Source: the human T2T-CHM13v2.0 reference genome, Homo sapiens. From it: a stretch of 64,000 bases of DNA. The DNA lies in assembly GCF_009914755.1 (NCBI RefSeq), contig NC_060938.1. One strand, 5' to 3'. Within the stretch, counting starts at the first letter, position 1, and each line of letters begins with the position of its first letter. Below are positions 54,858-64,000 of the stretch, piece after piece. The notes beneath the pieces are model-generated. The model searched no databases. It was given only the letters and a program-made list of their open reading frames with translations, and was not told the origin of the DNA. The translations under genes were made by a program, and so were the position numbers.

Positions 54858-56579
54858 GTAAGTGGAGTCAACTCTGCCCCGATCCTCGCGCCCTGGACAC
54901 TGCCAATCCTAAGGCTAGTGCCGTGGAATGTCATTTGTTTTGCTACTCAAAATTGATGTTCCTACTGATCAGCAGTTTCGGCATAGGAGGATGTGTTGAA
55001 TGGGTGAAAAATGATCTGTGTGTCTAAATGCGGAGTTTAGGCCCTCTCTGTAGCAGTACTTTGGAAAGGCTGGTGCAGCCTTTCAATTGTTGTCCATTCG
55101 GATAGTATTTTTAAACACTTCCTGTGTTGGCAGCAACCTTTGCAGAAGTAAAGCTTTTGTCCTGCTTTGGTTCTTTGGGGGATTTTTTGTAAATTTTTTT
55201 TCTTCCCGTGTGCCAATGCGATTTTCTAAAAGAAAGAATACGTGGATTAAGTAATGAAGGTATCATTTCTTCTGTGTGTAAAATGAACTTATGTGGCTAA
55301 AATATTTGAAGTTGAAGTATAATAATAGTTTTAGTTAAATCTTTCCAATAAGTATTTTAAAACATATACTTATACTAAAAAGATACATATTCTACTGAGG
55401 ATGACTGCAAATATCAGTATGTGGATGGTTAAAGGGAAAGGATCTCATATAGCGTTCTTGAATGCTGTGGCCATTGAATGTTTCAGGTCAGATTTTTGTT
55501 TGCCAAAAGCATTCCTATTCAATTTGTATTTTTTGTAAATGCACTTACTTTAAAAGGTACCCAATTCCTGTCTTATTTACTGTTTCAGCATATTAAGCTC
55601 TGAAATATAGCATTTTCCCAAACTTTCTCGTGGTTTTCTATTTTCTCGAAGTAAATGACATATTTAACCTTCTTTAATATTACTTGGGAAAACTTATTAG
55701 AAAACAAAAAATCATTTTCTACTTCAAAACGTATCTCCAAAGTGTACACTGTTAACTTTGCACTTAACAATGTTAAGTTGAACTTGTATGGATACACTTT
55801 AACTTCCGGAAAAAAAAAAAAAAGGTAAAATGACAGATTGAGATAGCAATCATCCTGTTACTGTAAAAATTAAAATGAGTGGTAGAGTGACATTTCTTAC
55901 ATCTTTCTATGTATCATTCTGGTCGTGTCCATTTGCTGAAAGTAGATGTTTCTTAGTAACGCTTATTTTTTTATACTAAGAAGATTAGTGTGGTAAACTA
56001 GGTATACCTACAAGTCTGGAGCCATCAGTTCATATCTGCATTCATCGGCTGAATTCAGACTTAAAACCTTTCAAGTGCAGCTTTTAGCAAATGAATTTTC
56101 CAAATGATACTTTCCTTATGAAAAGATGTTACCTTTATGTGGCTATGTCAATAAACAATTATGTATTGTTAGTGTTAATATTAGTAGCAATATTTCTTTT
56201 AATTTGAAAAATTTCAGGAAGCTATAAATGAATAACTTAGTTTTATGATATGTGTAATATGAAATATTTTTTCTGTTTTTTTCTTATCTTTCTGCTTATA
56301 TAATAGAATTTTTGAAAAATTTTGTATCGAGACAAAACATTATTAATCACTGATAATTTTGAATTACAACTTTAAAACATTTTATCATATCAGGACATCA
56401 GTCTATAAAATGAAAGGTTGCTAATCAAGTATTTAGGGTATTTTTCAAATTTTCAATGATATTAATAAGCAAGTCATTTTAATATTCTTAATGCTTCAAA
56501 CACAACCTTTTAATGAGACTTGAGGTTGGAGTAGGGAGGCATAGTAATGACATTCACAGTTTTATGTTCCTTTCACCAG

Positions 56580-56690
56580 GCGGCAGATGAGCCTGCCTAC
56601 CTGACAGTGGGAACCGATGTCAGTGCCAAGTACCGAGGTGCCTTCTGTGAGGCAAAGATTAAGACTGTGAAAAGGCTGGTGAAAGTTAAG
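56580..56690 (+). CDS. ARID4A: ARID4A exon 3 ([37 protein letters not shown]), N-terminal Tudor domain
   Basis: accag|GCGGCA...GTTAAG|gtaat, 111 nt, matching the ARID4A/RBBP1 N-terminus. Confidence 0.97.
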
Positions 56691-57076
56691 GTAATATTTG
56701 TTTTTATGCAATAGTTTTATTAACTCTAGATTGAAGAAATTTGGGGAGAGAGAGACTGCAAATCAGCATTTTATTGAGTCATTATATGAAAACCCTTTAT
56801 ATACCAAACTTAAAGGAAAAGCACATCAAAAATAAAGAAATAAAAAACTCAAAAGGAGAAATTATTCCAAAATGCTACCATCAAAATACCATGCTCATGA
56901 TATTTCCTGTCATTTGGCTCTTAACTATTTGTGGTAGCATACTTGGACTGTAATCTATTTTCTCCCCTCATTTAATGTTCAGGTAGAGACAATTTTAGTG
57001 TTTAGGACAATACAAATACAACAGGAATTATGTTTTCAAGACAGTGTAAAAAAGCATTTAAAAAGTTTATTTTGTG

Positions 57077-57976
<900 letters not shown>

Positions 57977-58651
57977 TTAAGATGCTTTTACTCTGAAATA
58001 ACTTTTTTTTTTGGTGGTTCCTGCCAGTAATTTTCTTATATGAATATATTTTTAATAGTCTTCGTTACTTTATACTTAGATACCTCCTATGCTTATTATA
58101 AACATTTTTAACATTATAGAGGTATATCATATAGTTCATGAAGTCCTCCTTAAAAAATTTTATTTAAGTTGATGAATAATAATTTTACATATTCATGGGC
58201 TACATAGTCATGTTTTGATACATATAATGTATGGTGATTAAATCAAGATAATTTGCATATCTATCATCTCAAACATTTTTCATTTCTTTGTGTTGGGAAT
58301 ATTCGGTATCCTCCTCTTAGCCATTTGAAACAATGTAATATAGCATTGTTAACTACAGTCATCCTGCTGCGGTATAGAACACTGTGAAAGTCCTCCTTGA
58401 TACGACTCCAAAGAGATTTGATGTGGTCTTCCAGATTTTTTTTACTGTGCCAGTCATAAAATTATTGTCATTGGTATTGGATCATGCTGTATTGCAGTTT
58501 GCTTTATTCACTTATATATCTGATGTTTTCCTACCAGAATTAAGCACCATAAAAGGAGGAAACGTCTGACTTGTTCTATGCCCAACACATAGAGTAGTGC
58601 CTGATACATAGTGGACCCTCAAAATTTGTTGAATGAATCAGTGAACTAGAG

Positions 58652-59090
58652 CAGTGATTCCTAAAGGGTCGCTCCAGACCAGCAGCATCAGCCTTACTTG
58701 GGAACTTGTTCCAAATGCAAATTTTCCCCACCCCAGATCTACTTCATCAGAAACTCTGGGGGTAAGATCCAGTAATTGTGTTTTAATAAGCCCTTTAAAT
58801 ATTTCTGATGCATGTTAAAAGTTTAAGAATCAGGTTGGGCACGGTGGGTCATTAATCCCAGCACTTTGGGAAGCCAGAGTGGGCAGATAACTTGAGGCTA
58901 GAAGTTTGAGACCCACCTGGCCAAAATGTTGAAACCCTGTCTCTAGTAAAAATACAAAAAATTAGCCAGACATGGTGGTGCACACCTGTAATCCCAGCTA
59001 CTTGGGAGGCTGAGGCACGAGAATTGCTTGAGCTGGGGAAGCGAAGGTTGAGACCCTGCCTAAAAAAAAAAAAAAGTTTGAGAAACATTG
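58652..59090. mobile_element. MER5A with an Alu inserted at its 3' end (similar MER5 relics at about 34860-35010 and 63280-63440)
   Basis: ccagcagcatcagc..acttgggaacttgtt..aaatgcaaatt...atcagaaactctgggggt...aagtttgagaa. The sequence aaaagttt.agaa.ca is duplicated around the Alu. Confidence 0.75.
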
Positions 59091-59943
59091 ACTAGAGGAG
59101 TGTGATTTGTAGGTTAAATAGATGTATCTATGATTATTATAAAATTTATGTTTCAGTTTTCTTGATGAACCTTCAAGTATTAGGATAGGATGTCAATTGA
59201 CATTCATTTCTTTTTGTTTCATACAGTGTTTTTATCATGTCAGCTATATAGGATTTGATTACTCTATATTTATTTGGGATTCTTTAACAATTCAAATTTG
59301 GTATTGTGGCTCTTATTTACTTAAAATTAATACAATGATTGTTTTAGGAGGTCTTACCATACATTACCTAGATTTTGAATTTATTTGGACCATCTATTAT
59401 TTGGACCATAGTAACCAGCCATCTGTTACGGATGGTTACTTTATGTCTTTAGATGTGTAGTAGAAGGGAGCACTTGTTTGTATCAGTGCATATTACGATT
59501 ATTGCTTAGCTTCACTTTATAAAGGATCAGAGTTCTGGTTTTAATTTGTTTACCTTTCATATAGGCAATACAGTTTGATACTGTTGTTTTTCTTTGTGTA
59601 CTTGGTGGCAATCAGAACCTTTTGTGACTTGATAAAAAGCAATAAAGGCAGTTTTTTTTTACAGTAATCATTAAAGATTATTATATAGTTCATTTAGTAA
59701 ACAGTTATTAAGTGCTGATAATATGCATTGACACTTGCTAACTGTTGGGGATATAGCAATGAAGGGAAGACTCAGCCCTCAAGGAGCTCACAGTTAATAA
59801 GAGAATGTAATAAGTATTACATTAGCAGGGGTCACCACATGGTGCTAAGAAAGCATAAATTAAAGACATTATTGTTATAGTGTTACTATAAATGTATTTG
59901 TTTTAAAAGTAATGTGCAAATTATTGTGCAAAATGTTTTTCAG

Positions 59944-60009
59944 GTACTCCTGAAACAGGATAATACCACACAATTGGTACAAGATGACCAAGTAAAGGGT
60001 CCTTTAAGA
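59944..60009 (+). CDS. ARID4A: ARID4A exon 4 ([22 protein letters not shown])
   Basis: ttcag|GTACTC...TTAAGA|gtatgt, 66 nt. Confidence 0.96.
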
Positions 60010-61021
60010 GTATGTATGTTGTACGGTTTAAAATCTGAAATAATCATAGATTTATACCATATTTACTGAATTTACATTTCTACATAGACTTAACATTTTA
60101 TGAGAACGTTAATCAGAAAACAATACATATGAAGGGTTTAAATATAATTAGTATAAATTGTGATATTGCAATGGCTGTATTCTGTTTTAGATACTAAACA
60201 TCTTCTAGAAGGGTAATTTAATATATATAAACATGTTAAGTTTTTCACCTACCTTTCTGTTTTGAATTCTTGAACTGGATACCTGGCTTTGTTTTTCACA
60301 TTGTTGCTGTATCTGAGGTGATGTTTAGCCTTCTAAGTTGAGTATCATAACCATCAATCTTTGGTTGTTCTAATTTACCAAGTAAACTATGTTCACTTCC
60401 TAATTCAATTTAATGAATACCTAGATTATGTTTTCCATGCATTTCTGGCCATTTGTTTATGTAATAAATCTGTTATATCAGAGTACCACTTTGGTTAATA
60501 TCTGATATACAAAGGTCTGGAAACTGAAAGAAGGTCAACTGGTCCATCCCTATCTCTCCAGGTGAACCTTTATCTAAAAGGTACCTTAAATACAAATGCT
60601 GAATCCAATATTCACTATTTCTGTGAAAGAAAATGGATGCTATTTTGGTTGTCTTATAATTTTACAGTTCTTCGATTTAATTTTCTTGAAGGCAATGTGA
60701 TATAGTGGAAAAGCTCTAAAGTAAGATTTAAGAGACTGGGCTGTCATGCTGGACTCTGCATATTATTTTCTCTTTCTGAACGGCAATTTTCAGTGTGTAA
60801 AGTAGGGGTAATAATAGCTACCTAACTTTTGTCAAAGTGTTTTGGAGCTCAAATTGCATAATAAATAGATAAGTACTATGAATGATAAAGATCTCAGACA
60901 GTGTAAGATAGAATTATCATAAGTATGGTGTTTATTTTTCTTAGCTAGATTATATAGTTGGTGGGAGTGATTTGGTTTATTTGTTTAAATTTGGTAAGGA
61001 AATTGGGATTTCACATTTTAG

Positions 61022-61112
61022 GTTGGAGCTATTGTTGAAACAAGGACATCTGATGGATCTTTTCAGGAAGCTATTATCAGCAAGTTGACAGATGCTAGTT
61101 GGTATACCGTGG
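61022..61112 (+). CDS. ARID4A: ARID4A exon 5 ([30 protein letters not shown]); gene continues beyond the window
   Basis: tttag|GTTGGA...CCGTGG|gtaagt, 91 nt. Confidence 0.96.
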
Positions 61113-61731
61113 GTAAGTAATTAAGTAATTTAACACAGATTTGATTTGGAGGTTGCATGTATCTGTGTTTTGTGGATACACTGAATCATTGTGTTGGTGG
61201 AGAAATATATATTATTTCCTGTCAGTTTACTGGATATAGCTGACTAAAATTCTAAGAATGCCCTGTAGGTAACAAAAATAATTATCTCTTACAGTAAGTT
61301 GGCCACTTTTGTCTATTTCATCCAAAAATGTACTTCTATTTTAGGTTACTTTGATGTTTCTTTTCAAGAAAGTTAGATCACATGATTGTGATCACTTTTT
61401 CTATAATTACAATTAAAATTGCATAGTTGCGATCGTTACTGTATTGCTACATATTTTATACAAGGGTAATGTAGATGTTGCCAGACAATTTACAGATTTA
61501 AAAAATCCTGACCATGGTAGATTCAAGAATAGGTGATTGTTAACTTAGTTTTTGATTTTTGATACAGTGTGGGTGCTCATATTAACAGCTTTCAAGGTCG
61601 GGCATGTTGGCTCATGCCTGTAATCCTAGCATTTTGGAAAGCTGAGGCGGGTGGATCACTTGAGGTCAGAAGTTCGAGACCAGCCTGGCCAACATGGTGA
61701 AACCCCGTCTCTACTGAAAATACACAAATTA

Positions 61732-61971
<240 letters not shown>

Positions 61972-62600
61972 TTAGATAACTTTATTGTATTAATAGTGAG
62001 AAGCAACAAGTGTCATAATACTTGTAAGTTAAAACCTTAAAGTAGTACTTAAATAGTTGCTGTCATTATGTTGATGAGAATAGCATTAAGTAACATTTCC
62101 AAATCTCCTCTCAGTACTTTCAAACTGCACAATCCTGTGGATAACATCCAATCTATAGCATTGTTGGTTTTTATACTTATTTCTTGGTTTAAGTGGTATA
62201 ATTATTTTGTGGTTTTCTTGTAGAAATAAAAGAATGACCATTTAGGTTTACTTTTAGTTTACTTGATTTGTTGCTTTGGGTAAAAATCATTCACATCCAG
62301 TTGATGCTCAGTGTTGTGAAGAACTATGCTTTGGTTAAAAATTTCTCTGTCTTACCCTGTACCTTCTATTAGTAGTACCAATTTGCTGTGTGTAAGTACT
62401 TTTTTCAAACCTCTTTGATGCTTCTTGGACTTACTAGAATTTAGTGTTGGTTCACAGTGGTGCTATTATTCTGAACTACATATTTTTAGGAAGCTTAGTT
62501 GTGGCTACTGATAGTTGTTAAATTTTAAAAACTAAGTGGCCAGATGCAGTGGCTCTAACCTGTAATCCCAGCACTTTAGGGGGGCGAGGTGGGCGGATCA

Positions 62601-62834
<234 letters not shown>

Positions 62835-64000
62835 CTAAGCTTAATGTTAACTCTTAGAGATTAAGTAAATACATCTTTGCTTTATCAAACTAAGACCTGA
62901 TAAAAATTACAGGTGTGTGTAGAATCACCGGAAAATATATGATGCATATTCAGATATTTATATTGCACCTTATATTTTAACTCACTATAAAGGTTGTACT
63001 CACGTTACTTATGAAGCTTTACTGATAAAATGCGCATGCTCTATAGAAGGATTACTTTTCAGGTTTTCTCATTTTGGGTTTCTTTATCCCAGAGTAGTTA
63101 TTCAATTATGAATAGCAACCTTTGTCCTCTACATGAGTAGCGTTTTAGTGTTTCTAAAAACTAGTCACTGCTAAGCATTCTCTATGGTGATTTTCTGTGT
63201 TGGATAATTACAGAAGAAATTGTATAATTCTTGTTCTCAAAGAGCTTTAGAATCTTAATTGCATATAATTGAGGTATCAAGCATTAGTGGACATAAGAAT
63301 CACTTGGTGCTTGCTTAGAAAAATGAGGATTTGAGGACCCCAAGCCTCTCCAATTAGTAGGCCTGGGGATGGCAGTACAAGAATGTTTTAATAAGCATGT
63401 CAGTGATTCTGATGCAGGTAGTTCACACTTATAAAAACAGGGAAAAACAGATTTATTTGGGAGAAAAATTCAAAATATTAAAGATTTTTGCACTTACGTG
63501 CATGAAGGAAATTCATAAAAAGATTTTGAAAGGCACTGTTCCATTCAGAAAACTCAAGATAGCACTGCTCTAAAGAACGTTTAGATATTGAAGGAAGTGG
63601 ATCACATAAAGAATGATCAGAGTATAATGACCTGAGTTACCAGTTGGTTTAAAAAAAACAGTACAATGAAATGTAAAACCTCTTGGGTCATGAACATCCT
63701 GTATTTTTCTTTCAGTGAGTACCTACTACCTACCTATTAGGTGTAATTGCTCTTTTCTGGAATTTTTTTTGATTTCTAGTTCCTAGCAAAGTATTACATG
63801 GGTATAGTCAGAAAATTATTCAGAGTGTTTATGACGTGTGTTACCTTTTTTGGTTTCATGAGATACCAGAAATTATGTCAGATTATTAAAAATAAAACAA
63901 GAGGATACCACATTGCTGGTTTGGATCAAATAGGAGTTATGATCATTAGTGATCTAAAGTTATCATTAGAGTCAGTGATATTAACTTCTTCTTGCATAAT

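Larger units (their letters stand above)
52540..54900. promoter_or_regulatory. CpG island / bidirectional promoter of ARID4A (+) and PSMA3-AS1 (-)
   Basis: High GC and CpG density. YY1-type AAAATGGCG at about 53113-53121, GC box at about 53163-53172, and eight CCAAT boxes at 53226-53504. Confidence 0.92.

Overview
Human-type (primate, Alu-rich) genomic DNA that I recognise as the PSMA3 / PSMA3-AS1 / ARID4A locus (chr14q23 from memory). The + strand carries PSMA3 coding exons 2-11 (2677-26878). These have GT-AG boundaries and total 747 nt, which with the 21-nt exon 1 CDS just upstream of the window gives the 255-aa proteasome alpha-7 subunit. A CpG-island bidirectional promoter (about 52.5-54.9 kb) with eight CCAAT boxes drives ARID4A, whose first five exons lie on the + strand. 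On the - strand it drives the PSMA3-AS1 lncRNA, whose exons I inferred from splice signals and which runs back into PSMA3 intron 7. The window also contains an HMGB1 processed pseudogene, a U6 retrocopy, Hsmar1 and Hsmar2 mariner fossils, L1/L2/MIR/MER fragments and many Alus; most entries in the ORF track are Alu artefacts. The most interesting unexplained signal is on the PSMA3-AS1 strand. Its inferred exons splice into an open 48/65-aa frame, and its terminal exon contains an about 1-kb single, stop-riddled reading frame with motifs resembling an NXPE/PC-esterase (SGNH)-like protein, possibly the fossil of a lost coding gene. That reading is an inference and needs a homology search.
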